DNA of 64,000 bases from Oscillospiraceae bacterium (GTDB lineage Bacteria; Bacillota; Clostridia; Oscillospirales; Ruminococcaceae): the NCBI GenBank assembly GCA_017533485.1, contig JAFXIC010000046.1, positions 216 through 64,215 of the forward strand. The letters are read 5' to 3'. How positions within the stretch are numbered: position 1 is the stretch's first letter; every line of letters starts with the position of its first letter. Below, in pieces: positions 37,275 through 46,123 of this stretch. The notes under the pieces were generated by a model that did not search any database, was not told where the DNA came from, and saw only the letters and a list, made by a program, of their open reading frames with translations. The position numbers and the translations under genes are program-made.

Positions 37275-39248
37275 TCAGCCGCGCTGCGGTTCGAGTGTGT
37301 CAATCAGCTTTGCGATATATCGGAGAATCATTGCCGCATCACCGGCAGAAATTCCTGCATCCGAATCCACGTTTGCATTTACCGCGCCGCGTGCAGTCAG
37401 CGAAACGGAAGTATCTTCTGCGGCAATTCTCGAAACGAGAATGACATCAGAAATATCGACTTCTCCGCTGCAGTCTGCATCGCCGTACAGGATACGACCC
37501 AGGCCGGTATCAATCGTCGTGGTGACCGTCGTGGTTGTGGTGGTAGCGGAAGAAGTTGTCGTGGAGGTTGTGGTTGTTGTTTTCGGTGTGGTGCTGGTCG
37601 TTGTTGTAGTGGTTGTGGATGTTGTAGAAGTGGTGGAGGTTGTAGAAGTAGTGGAGGTTGTAGAAGTAGTGGATGTTGTAGAAGTGGTAGACGTTGTAGA
37701 TGTTGTGGTAACCGTCTGCGGCGGCTTTGTATCACCGGGTGTGCTGCCCTTTTTGCCGCCGTCCAAGTTACTGCCCTCGCTGTTTGCATAGCTTGCATAA
37801 TACTCAGAGAGGGAAATACCATTCTTTCCGAGTGCTTTCTGATGGTCAAGACCGATATACTTTCCGGATGTGGAAGTCTGCCAGAGCGACTTTTCCATCA
37901 GTCCGTATTTCTCGCTGTCCCATGTCAGGAAGTCATGGCTCAGAAGACCGCCGGTATCACCGGAGTTCGGATTTAAGCACCAGAAGGTATGGTTGATATG
38001 GTTTGCGATCATATAATCACGCAGCAGCTCCATCCATTTCTGGTTCTTGCCGCCGTCCATATGGCCGCCCCACTCGCCGATCAGCAGCGGTGCAATATCC
38101 TCCTCTACGATATATGACCATGTGTCATACCAGTAGTCATCGAGGAGCGTCTGGGTTGTAAAGTCCTTATCGAACCATGTCTGTGCATAGACGGACGGGC
38201 CGTAGTCATGCGGAGAGTAGACGATCTGGCTGGTACCGCTTGCGGGCTGGATCGGGTAATCGCGGACACCGCGGAGATTACCGCCCCACCATGCGCCGTA
38301 CCACGGGGAAACATCCGGACTTGCCTGCCAGATATCGGGCGTATCATAGGTATAGCCCTTTTCGGTCTTGGGGTACTGTTCGACGCCCTCGACGAAGATC
38401 AGTGCATTCGGGTTGACGGCGAGAATGGCGTCTGCGGCACGCGTTGCGGCATATGCCCAGTTATTCTCATCCTTTGTGCCGTCCCACTTTGCGATATTCG
38501 TCGGGCAGGTCGGATCGAATTCACGTTTTCCGTGCGGTTCGTTCTTCAGGTCATAGCCGATCAGCGTATCATCATTCGCATATTTTTCCGCAAGCCATGC
38601 CAGCGTTTCGATCCAGACTTCTGTTGTCACGCCGGCTTTTCCGTACCAGAGCTCATAGTTATGACCGGAGTTGTCGGAATGCGGGCTGTGGATGTCGATA
38701 AACGCCTTGACACCGTATTTCTTGCACTTCTGCATGATGATGTCGAAGATTTCCATGCTGTTCTTGATGGTCTTTCCGTCTGCTTCACAAAAGTCGGGGT
38801 TGATGTTGACATAGGTACCGGCGGGTGTAATACTGCCGTCCTCGTTTACAACATCTTCCGGTGGAGAAAGTCCTGCCTGTACCGAGCTGACAGGATTGGG
38901 GCTTCCTTTCATCCACGAAACCAGAAGCTCCGAGGAGATGGGGAAGCGGATGACATTGATGCCGTGATCCGCAACGCCTTCCAGGAACTTATCCACGTCT
39001 GCGGTATAAAGACCGTGGGCACAGTTCTCCGTACAGTTGAAGCCGAACCAGTTTGCACCGGTCAGCCATACTTCATTGCCGTCCTTGTCATACAGACGGC
39101 TGCCCTTGGCATGGAGCCAGTCGTCGTTGCAGTCATCGACTGCCGCAACGCTGTCCAGTCCGGGCGCGAGGTCTGCGCTCAGCACTCCCGTCGTGCCGAG
39201 TGCGAGGGCTGCCGCCAGACTGAGCGACAGCACGCGCTTGTGTTTCAT
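37275..39248 (-). CDS. GH5 endoglucanase paralog with (Thr-Thr-Ser)n linker and C-terminal dockerin
   Basis: ORF trimmed to ATG 39248 (MKHKRVLSLSLAAALALG signal peptide). YDLKNEPHG and LLIGEWGGH; dockerin GDADCSGEVDISD...NANVDSDAGISAGD. Confidence 0.88.
   Translation of the reverse strand: MKHKRVLSLSLAAALALGTTGVLSADLAPGLDSVAAVDDCNDDWLHAKGSRLYDKDGNEVWLTGANWFGFNCTENCAHGLYTADVDKFLEGVADHGINVIRFPISSELLVSWMKGSPNPVSSVQAGLSPPEDVVNEDGSITPAGTYVNINPDFCEADGKTIKNSMEIFDIIMQKCKKYGVKAFIDIHSPHSDNSGHNYELWYGKAGVTTEVWIETLAWLAEKYANDDTLIGYDLKNEPHGKREFDPTCPTNIAKWDGTKDENNWAYAATRAADAILAVNPNALIFVEGVEQYPKTEKGYTYDTPDIWQASPDVSPWYGAWWGGNLRGVRDYPIQPASGTSQIVYSPHDYGPSVYAQTWFDKDFTTQTLLDDYWYDTWSYIVEEDIAPLLIGEWGGHMDGGKNQKWMELLRDYMIANHINHTFWCLNPNSGDTGGLLSHDFLTWDSEKYGLMEKSLWQTSTSGKYIGLDHQKALGKNGISLSEYYASYANSEGSNLDGGKKGSTPGDTKPPQTVTTTSTTSTTSTTSTTSTTSTTSTTSTTSTTSTTTTTTTSTTPKTTTTTSTTTSSATTTTTTVTTTIDTGLGRILYGDADCSGEVDISDVILVSRIAAEDTSVSLTARGAVNANVDSDAGISAGDAAMILRYIAKLIDTLEPQRG
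37615..37704 (-). repeat. five tandem 18-bp units encoding the TTS/TST linker
   Basis: Plus-strand unit GTGGAGGTTGTAGAAGTA is exact at 37633-37650 and 37651-37668, with degenerate copies on both sides. Confidence 0.8.
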
Positions 39249-39374
39249 TGAGATTACCCCCTCTTTATGATGCTCCGGTGCTGCGTGCAGCCGGAGTATA
39301 TTCCGAAAGCCGTATGGGATATGTTTTCGGTACAGCATATGACAGACGGCTTTTTTGGAAACAAAGTGGAATGA

Positions 39375-40283
39375 TCAGAAGATGCCGAAACGCTTTTTCT
39401 CGTAGAACGGTTTTTCGTTTGCGACAAGTTCCTTTGCACGGATATTGCCTGCTGCGACACATTCAAACGGCAGATCCGAGTAGTCGGCACATTCTGTGGA
39501 AACGGTATTGCCGATTTCGGTGAGGTCAGCACTTTCGTCTGCTTCGAGTGCGACCAGAAGATAACGCTCGCCGCTCTCGGAATCCACACGGATATAGGCT
39601 TTCTTGACGGACTTCTGCTTCTTGAGACAAGCCTTCAGTGCGGAAATCAGTTCATCGGTGATGACTTCCGCTGCGTCCTCTGCGGTATTGTCCGAAGCGT
39701 TTGCAGCTTCCATATCTGCCATTGCCTGACGGATTGCTGCCTGCTGCTGCTCACGGCTGTTGGAGACTGCGCCGAGCGGATTGGAGGGATTGGAAGGCTG
39801 GGGTGCAGCGGGCTTGTTCTGTGCGATCACAGCGTCGAGATTGCCTGCGTTATCGCCGATCAGGATGACCTGACGGCGGATGAGGCAGAGATTGCTGCCG
39901 AACGGGTTGATGACAGCGCCGCTGACGGATTCATTGTTCTTGATAAAGCGGTAGAGATCCATGAATCCCATAACAGCGACCTGGAAGCGTTCACCGGGCT
40001 TCCGGTTTTTCCGAAGCTCGATTTCATCGGTGAATGCGGGCATAAACTTATCGCCCTTGGGATTTGTGAGGAGCTGGAATGCAACACGGGTCGGAACGGG
40101 TTCACCTTCGGGTGCGTCCGCGGGCTGTTCTACCATAGCCGGAATGAGATATCTTGCATTGATTGCAGCTTCGAGAAAAGCACGTTCGTGCTCACGATTG
40201 GTCAGGTCTAACTTAAAGGTTGCCATTGCATCCACGAGCAACGGGTTGGTAATGGGCTGCATTGGCTGATTGGGTTCTGGCAT
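39375..40283 (-). CDS. SseB-family protein (function unknown)
   Basis: N-terminal pattern FLEAAINARYLIPAM...FQLLTNPKGDKFMPAFTDEIELRK resembles the SseB N-domain; 302 aa; recognition by eye only. Confidence 0.45.
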   Translation of the reverse strand: MPEPNQPMQPITNPLLVDAMATFKLDLTNREHERAFLEAAINARYLIPAMVEQPADAPEGEPVPTRVAFQLLTNPKGDKFMPAFTDEIELRKNRKPGERFQVAVMGFMDLYRFIKNNESVSGAVINPFGSNLCLIRRQVILIGDNAGNLDAVIAQNKPAAPQPSNPSNPLGAVSNSREQQQAAIRQAMADMEAANASDNTAEDAAEVITDELISALKACLKKQKSVKKAYIRVDSESGERYLLVALEADESADLTEIGNTVSTECADYSDLPFECVAAGNIRAKELVANEKPFYEKKRFGIF

Positions 40284-40449
40284 AATTCAGATTCCTCCGT
40301 TTCAGAGATTCGCCGTGCCCGTAAAAGAGCACTATGGCGTTCATACTTATTCTAACATATTTTCCCCAAAAATGCAAGTGTTTTTGAAGATTATATCTCC
40401 CGGAAAATATACAGAACGGATAATTTTTTGGGCTTTCGGATTTTTTTTA

Positions 40450-40476
40450 GAAACTTGTATGTTCCGGTACAAGAAA
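40450..40476 (+). promoter_or_regulatory. 27-nt conserved element, copy A (GAAACTTGTAT-N8-ACAAGAAA)
   Basis: GAAACTTGTATGTTCCGGTACAAGAAA, 58 nt upstream of ATG 40534. The second copy lies at 50436-50462. Confidence 0.5.
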
Positions 40477-40533
40477 TCACAGGTTTTTACCTATGAATGG
40501 AGGGCGATTTGAAATGAAAGGAGATTTTGCTGC

Positions 40534-40998
40534 ATGAATCTTGAGATTCGGATTGCGGAGAAGACGGCGGCTTTACAGGGGAGTCCGCAGATTATCTGCG
40601 GCAACAGCGACTATACGCTGACCTTTTTCTTCGACAGCGAGTGGGATGCATATCCCGTAAAAACCGCACGATTTGTGTATTTCCAAAACGGAATCGCAGT
40701 GCATCAGGATGTTCTCTTCGAGGGTGATACGGTGACGGTACCGGTGCTGCATGGCGTCTATGAGGTTGCAGTTGGCGTATATGCCGGCGATATCCATACG
40801 ACCACACCGGCCCGTATCAGCTGTGTACCGTCAATTACCTGCGGCAGCTCGCCGCATGACGCACCGTCACAGGATGTGTATGATCAGCTGATGGCATACT
40901 TAGCGAGCATCCGCAACGGCAATTTCGTGGATGCACAGCGTCTTGCCGCTGTCTGCACAGGGAAGACGGTAATTTCAATTGCACAACAGGAGGAATGA
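40534..40998 (+). CDS. hypothetical beta-rich protein, possibly phage baseplate/fibre accessory (BppU-N-like)
   Basis: RBS AAAGGAG. Pattern ...VTVPVLHGVYEVAVGVYAGDIHTTTPARISCVPSI resembles Ig-like phage tail accessory domains; weak. Confidence 0.3.
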   Translation: MNLEIRIAEKTAALQGSPQIICGNSDYTLTFFFDSEWDAYPVKTARFVYFQNGIAVHQDVLFEGDTVTVPVLHGVYEVAVGVYAGDIHTTTPARISCVPSITCGSSPHDAPSQDVYDQLMAYLASIRNGNFVDAQRLAAVCTGKTVISIAQQEE

Positions 40999-41001
40999 GA
41001 G

Positions 41002-41661
41002 ATGGCAATGACAAAGGAATATATCGGATATCATTTTGACGCGGACTTTCTGGCGTGGCTTCGCAGTCATCTTATCCCCGAATATGTGGACAGCATCGAG
41101 GTCAGCGCGGACGGTACTTCCTATCAGATGCTGCGCGGCGGCAATCAGATTGCGAAAATTACAGCGACGGATTGGACGCTCTATCCCACATCCCAAACGA
41201 CGCCAAGCCAGTCGGCAATGGCAAATGTCGGCAGTCAGGTTTATGGGTATGCCGGTCAGAATGCGATCGCAATCTGTTACCGCGGTTATGGCAGTGCGGC
41301 GAAAAACAATCAGAGTCTTGTGCTTTTTACGCATGATAACCATGGCGGGGCTGTCGTACTTATGGCGATGCGGCTGTCCGAGAATTCTACCGGCGCGACA
41401 TTGTTCTCTCAGACAGCTACGACATACCTCATGCGCTTACAGACTTCGGAAATCAATACCGTCACATCGCTTCAATTGAAGTATAATTCCGGTTCTGTGA
41501 GCTGTCTTTGTCCGTTTGTGCTCAATACCGAGGAGCCGGAAATTTTTTATACGCCCGATGTCTTCTGGTGTCCGGTCTATCAGCATTCTGCGATCGGTAC
41601 GCTGCTGATTGACGGCGCACGGTATTTTACGTTCGGACCATGGATGGTGAAGGACGCGTAA
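41002..41661 (+). CDS. hypothetical protein (partner of 40534 gene)
   Basis: Starts 4 nt after the previous stop; 219 aa; no recognisable motif. Confidence 0.4.
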   Translation: MAMTKEYIGYHFDADFLAWLRSHLIPEYVDSIEVSADGTSYQMLRGGNQIAKITATDWTLYPTSQTTPSQSAMANVGSQVYGYAGQNAIAICYRGYGSAAKNNQSLVLFTHDNHGGAVVLMAMRLSENSTGATLFSQTATTYLMRLQTSEINTVTSLQLKYNSGSVSCLCPFVLNTEEPEIFYTPDVFWCPVYQHSAIGTLLIDGARYFTFGPWMVKDA

Positions 41662-41667
41662 CGGCAT

Positions 41668-41709
41668 GAAAAAACGCGGCTGCATGAAATTTGCAGCCGC
41701 GTTTTTTTA
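41668..41709. terminator. bidirectional intrinsic terminator
   Basis: ACGCGGCTGCA (41673-41683) / TGCAGCCGCGT (41691-41701), flanked by A6 and T7 runs. Confidence 0.85.
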
Positions 41710-41727
41710 TATGGATCAGGATTCCGC

Positions 41728-43812
41728 CTATGCTTGTTCGATGAATTTCAGTGCGCCGGTCGGACAGACATCCGTACATTTCCGACAGTCCTTACAGCCG
41801 GCGATGACCGAAGGATCACGGAATTCCGGGCGGACAGCGGTCGGAAAACCGCGCCCGACCAGTCCGAGAATGCCCTTTTTCGCCTGTTCCTCACAGACGC
41901 GTACACAGAGTGCACAGAGGATACATTTCTCGTTGTTCCGCTCGATACAGACAAGCTTCCGCTCGGTGGGGTGGCTGTTTTTCAAGCCCGCAAGCCGTTC
42001 CGGGTGGATTTCCTGCCGGTTGGCATACCGGATCAGCTTACAGTCTTCATAATCATGACATCCGCATTCCAGACAGCGTCCGGCTTCTTTCTGTGCGATT
42101 TCGTCCGTCAGTCCGAGATTGACTTCATCAAAATCATGGCGGCGTACTTCCGGTGCCCGCGTCGGCATCTCGCAGCGTGCCTGCTTCACCCGATCCTTGA
42201 ATTCGTCCGCCGATACGTTCTCCCGCTTCGATACAAATGGTGCACGATAGGGGGTAAGGCTGCCGCTGAGTGCGCTGTGTACCACCTCCGCACAGCGATT
42301 CGCTTCTCCGATTGCCGCGATGGCAATATCTGCGCCGCGGTTGGTCGCGTCACCGATCGCGTAGACATCCGGAAGATTGGTCAGATAGGTTGCGGTATCT
42401 GCGGCAATGGTTCCTTTCGCTGTCAGTTCAACACCGTCCAGTCCCTGTGCATCGAGCTTCTGGCCGATCGCCATAATCACAAGATCAACATCCAGCTCCT
42501 CGAATTTTCCGTCTACCGGAACCGGCGCACGCCGTCCGGATGCGTCCGGTTCGCCGAGTGCCATGACCTGTAAGCGGATTTTCGAAACATGACCGTTTTC
42601 ACCGATGATTTCGGCAGGGTTGGTGAGGAATTTATAGGTCACGCCTTCTTCGATGGATTCTTCGATTTCGAGCGCGTCCGCCGGCATCTCATCTCTTGTA
42701 CGGCGATAGATCACATAGACATTTTCCGCGCCGCAGCGTATCGCTGTTCTGCACGCGTCCATTGCGGTATTTCCGCCGCCGCAGACTGCGATATTCTTTC
42801 CGCGCAGATCGGGTGCTTCGCCCTCTCCCGACGAGATATCATGGAGAAATCCGATGCCGCCGATGACGCCGCTTAGCTCCTCTCCCTTGCAGCGCATTCC
42901 CATGGATGACCATGCGCCGACTGCGAGAATGACAGCGTCATATTCCCGGCGCAGCTCCGAAAGTGTGATGTCCTTACCGAGCCGCACACCGTTTTTCATC
43001 TCGATGCCGAGCGCGGCGATTTCCTCGATTTCCCGATCCAGTACCGCTTTCGGAAGCCGGTATGCCGGAATTCCGTAGCGCAGCATTCCGCCCATTTTTG
43101 CGGCTGCATCCAGAATCGTCACACGATGTCCTTTTTGGCGGAGGAAATAGCCTGCGGTCAATCCGGCAGGGCCGCCGCCGACAATCGCAATGCGCTTTCC
43201 GGTATCGGGCTTGCATTCCGCACGATAGGGCGCATCCGCGAGATCTTTATCTGCCGCAAAGGCTTTCAGGTAGGCAATCGACAACGGCTGCTCCACGAGT
43301 GCACGCCGGCAGTTCGATTCACAGGGATGCGGACAGACTCTTCCGATCGCCGCAGGAAGCGGTAATTTTTCCTTGATGATACGGACAGCACCGTGATAAT
43401 CACCCGCCGCGATTTTTTTGAGATAGCCCTGACAGTTCGTTCCGGCAGGACAATTCAGTTTGCACGGCCCGACGCAATCGCCCGTATGATCGGACATCAG
43501 CAGTTCGAGTGCAATTTTCCGGGACTGGTTGACGCGCTCGGTATCAAACGATACCACATAGCCGTCCATGGCTTTGGCGGAACAGGCACGCAGCAGCTTC
43601 GGAATCGGTTTTCCGTTTCCATCGTCTGTGACCTCGACCGCACAGAGTCCGCACGCGCCGTATACGCGGACAGACGCATCATTGCAGAGATTTGGGATTT
43701 CAATGCCGTTTTGCCGGGCGGCCTCTAAAATCGACACGCCTGCTTCACAGCGGCAGGGGATGCCGTTAATGGTAAGCTGAATCTGGTTCATGTATTTCGT
43801 TCCTTTCAGCAT
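41728..43812 (-). CDS. 2Fe-2S ferredoxin domain + GltD-like NAD(P)H/FAD oxidoreductase + C-terminal Fe-S cluster fusion (StnC/Bfu catalytic-subunit-like)
   Basis: N-terminus QLTINGIPCRCEAGVSILEAA..CGLCAVEV. GltD-type CPAGTNCQGY...CPHPCESNCRR and IAIVGGGPAGLTAGYFL. C-terminal CLECGCHD, CILCALCVRVC, CRKCTDVCPTGA. Start may be ATG 43791. Confidence 0.7.
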   Translation of the reverse strand: MLKGTKYMNQIQLTINGIPCRCEAGVSILEAARQNGIEIPNLCNDASVRVYGACGLCAVEVTDDGNGKPIPKLLRACSAKAMDGYVVSFDTERVNQSRKIALELLMSDHTGDCVGPCKLNCPAGTNCQGYLKKIAAGDYHGAVRIIKEKLPLPAAIGRVCPHPCESNCRRALVEQPLSIAYLKAFAADKDLADAPYRAECKPDTGKRIAIVGGGPAGLTAGYFLRQKGHRVTILDAAAKMGGMLRYGIPAYRLPKAVLDREIEEIAALGIEMKNGVRLGKDITLSELRREYDAVILAVGAWSSMGMRCKGEELSGVIGGIGFLHDISSGEGEAPDLRGKNIAVCGGGNTAMDACRTAIRCGAENVYVIYRRTRDEMPADALEIEESIEEGVTYKFLTNPAEIIGENGHVSKIRLQVMALGEPDASGRRAPVPVDGKFEELDVDLVIMAIGQKLDAQGLDGVELTAKGTIAADTATYLTNLPDVYAIGDATNRGADIAIAAIGEANRCAEVVHSALSGSLTPYRAPFVSKRENVSADEFKDRVKQARCEMPTRAPEVRRHDFDEVNLGLTDEIAQKEAGRCLECGCHDYEDCKLIRYANRQEIHPERLAGLKNSHPTERKLVCIERNNEKCILCALCVRVCEEQAKKGILGLVGRGFPTAVRPEFRDPSVIAGCKDCRKCTDVCPTGALKFIEQA

Positions 43813-43817
43813 GGTTT

Positions 43818-45581
43818 TCAGTAGACTTCGACTGCGGCGAATTTACAGACAGTATGACACTGACCGCAGCGGATACAGATCTCGGCGTCAATGCAGTGGG
43901 CGGATTTCACGGTTCCTGTAATCGCACCGACCGGACAGCGTTTTGCACAGAGCGTACAGCCCTTGCACTGATCCGCATGGATACGGTATCGGAGGAGTGC
44001 GCCGCAGGCGAGAGACGGACAGCGCTTTTCTTCAATATGCGCTTCGAATTCATCACGGAAATACCGGATTGCGGTCAGCACCGGATTCGGTGCGGTCTGA
44101 CCCAGTCCGCAGAGTGCGCCGTCCTTAATCGCTGCGCAAAGCTCCTCCAGCAGCTCGATATCGCCCGTTTTTCCGTTTCCTTCTACGATCCGTCCAAGAA
44201 TTTCCTGCATCCGCTTTGTACCGATCCGACAGTGGACGCATTTTCCGCAGGATTCCTTTGCGGTAAAATCAAGGAAGAATTTTGCCATAGATACCATACA
44301 GGTGGATTCGTCCATGACAACCATACCGCCCGAACCCATAATCGCACCCGTCGCACCAAGCTTCTTATAGTCGATGACCGTATCCAGCAGCGATTCCGGT
44401 ATGCAGCCGCCCGACGGACCGCCCATCTGAACTGCCTTGAACTGCTTTCCGTCACGGATTCCGCCGCCGATTTCGAAAATAACCTGTCGGAGCGTCATCC
44501 CCATCGGAATCTCAACCAGTCCGCCGCGGCGGATTTTACCCGTCAGCGCAAAGACCTTTGTGCCCTTGGAATCGGGCGTGCCGAGTGCGGCATAGGCTTC
44601 ACCGCCGTTATTGATAATCCATGCGACATTCGCATAGGTTTCGACATTGTTGATATTGGACGGCTTGCGCCAGTAGCCTGCTGCGGCAGGAAACGGCGGC
44701 TTTAAACGCGGCATTCCGCGCTGACCCTCCAGCGATTCGATCAGGGCGGTTTCTTCACCGCAGACAAATGCGCCGGCACCCGCCTTAATCCGGAAGCTAC
44801 AGGAGAAATCCGAGCCTAAGATATGTTCGCCGATATAGCCTGCGGCTTCTGCCTGTGCAATCGCAGCCTCCAGACGCTTGATCGCGAGAGGGTACTCCGC
44901 TCGTACATAGACAATCGCTTCCTTGGCACCGATTGCGTAGGCGCCGATCAGCATTCCTTCAATCAGCGTATGCGGATCGGATTCAATCACCGCGCGGTCC
45001 ATGAATGCGCCGGGATCGCCCTCGTCTGCATTGCAGATCAGGTATTTTTCCTCGCCGGCAGACTGGCGTGCCGCATTCCATTTAAACCATGTCGGGAAGC
45101 CCGCTCCGCCTCGTCCGGCAAGTCCGGATGTCTTGATACAGTCGATGACGGCTTCGGGACGCATTCCGCCGTCTTTTCTAAGAATTCTGCCGATCGCTTC
45201 GTATGCGCCGGCTTTTACGGCACTTTCCATCGAATTCGGGTCGATGATGCCGCAGTTGCGGAGTGCAATTCGGGTCTGACGCGTGAGGAATGCGCTGTCC
45301 TCCTCGGTGATTTCGAGGGCAGAGAGCGCGTCGAGGGTATTGTTCCGACAAGCCGCCGCAATCTGTGCTGCGTGGTCGGCGGAAACACGGACAAGCCGCT
45401 TTTTCAGCGTATCATCTTCATAAATATCGACAATCGGTTCCAGCCAGCACATTCCGATGCAGCCGGTTACGCCGAGGGTGACCGAAGAATCTGCGAGCAG
45501 CGGTCTGAGTGCATCATAGACCTTTGCCGCGCCTGCTGCGATGCCGCAGCTTCCTTCTCCGACAAGAATACGGTAGCTCAT
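43818..45581 (-). CDS. NuoF-like FMN/NADH-binding subunit with C-terminal 2x[4Fe-4S] (HydB/StnB-like)
   Basis: GLAGRGGAGFPTWFKW, CNADEGDPGAFMDR, ESCGKCVHCRIG, and a C-terminal ferredoxin pair CKGCTLCAKRCP / CIRCGQCHTVC. Confidence 0.85.
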   Translation of the reverse strand: MSYRILVGEGSCGIAAGAAKVYDALRPLLADSSVTLGVTGCIGMCWLEPIVDIYEDDTLKKRLVRVSADHAAQIAAACRNNTLDALSALEITEEDSAFLTRQTRIALRNCGIIDPNSMESAVKAGAYEAIGRILRKDGGMRPEAVIDCIKTSGLAGRGGAGFPTWFKWNAARQSAGEEKYLICNADEGDPGAFMDRAVIESDPHTLIEGMLIGAYAIGAKEAIVYVRAEYPLAIKRLEAAIAQAEAAGYIGEHILGSDFSCSFRIKAGAGAFVCGEETALIESLEGQRGMPRLKPPFPAAAGYWRKPSNINNVETYANVAWIINNGGEAYAALGTPDSKGTKVFALTGKIRRGGLVEIPMGMTLRQVIFEIGGGIRDGKQFKAVQMGGPSGGCIPESLLDTVIDYKKLGATGAIMGSGGMVVMDESTCMVSMAKFFLDFTAKESCGKCVHCRIGTKRMQEILGRIVEGNGKTGDIELLEELCAAIKDGALCGLGQTAPNPVLTAIRYFRDEFEAHIEEKRCPSLACGALLRYRIHADQCKGCTLCAKRCPVGAITGTVKSAHCIDAEICIRCGQCHTVCKFAAVEVY

Positions 45582-46078
45582 GTATCGGATTCCTCCTTGT
45601 CCTTGATTTCTTTCAGAATCTCAAGTGCTTTTTCCGGCGTCAGTGAGCCGTAGGTATCTTCGTTGATCATCATGACAGGGGAGAGCGAGCAGCAGCCCAG
45701 ACAAGCGACGATGCTCAGCGAGAACAGCCCGTCTTCCGAGGTTTCACCACTCCCGATTCCGAGATATTCCGAAATTGCCGCTGCAATCTTCTCGCTGCCG
45801 TTGACATGGCAGGCGGTTCCGTCACAGAGCATAATTAGATACTTTCCCATCGGCTGGAACCGGAACTGGGTATAGAATGTCGCAACGCCCAGCACCTTTG
45901 CAGGAGTGTTGCCGGTTGCTTCTGCGATATGGTAGATCACATCCATCGGGAGATAGCCATAAATTTCTTGTGCCTGCTGTAAAATCGTGATAAGACTTCC
46001 CGGAATCCCGGCATATGCCGAAAGGATCGGGCCAAGCTTTGAAAGATCACTGTTTTGATGCTTGCAATCGCATTTCAT
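45578..46078 (-). CDS. NuoE-like thioredoxin-fold [2Fe-2S] subunit (HydC/StnA-like)
   Basis: ATG 46078 after GGAGG. CDGTACHVNG ... CLGCCSLSPVMMIN; ATGA-type overlap with the downstream gene. Confidence 0.85.
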   Translation of the reverse strand: MKCDCKHQNSDLSKLGPILSAYAGIPGSLITILQQAQEIYGYLPMDVIYHIAEATGNTPAKVLGVATFYTQFRFQPMGKYLIMLCDGTACHVNGSEKIAAAISEYLGIGSGETSEDGLFSLSIVACLGCCSLSPVMMINEDTYGSLTPEKALEILKEIKDKEESDT

Positions 46079-46123
46079 AGTATACGCCTCCATTGATACT
46101 TGGATAAATTGGCTGATATTCTT

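Noticed and set aside
37140-37976. Plus-strand ORFs with (VVVVE)/(GGC/RS)-type repeats
   Set aside because: They are the reverse-complement reading of the (TTS)n linker repeat of GH5 paralog 2. The low complexity is an artefact.
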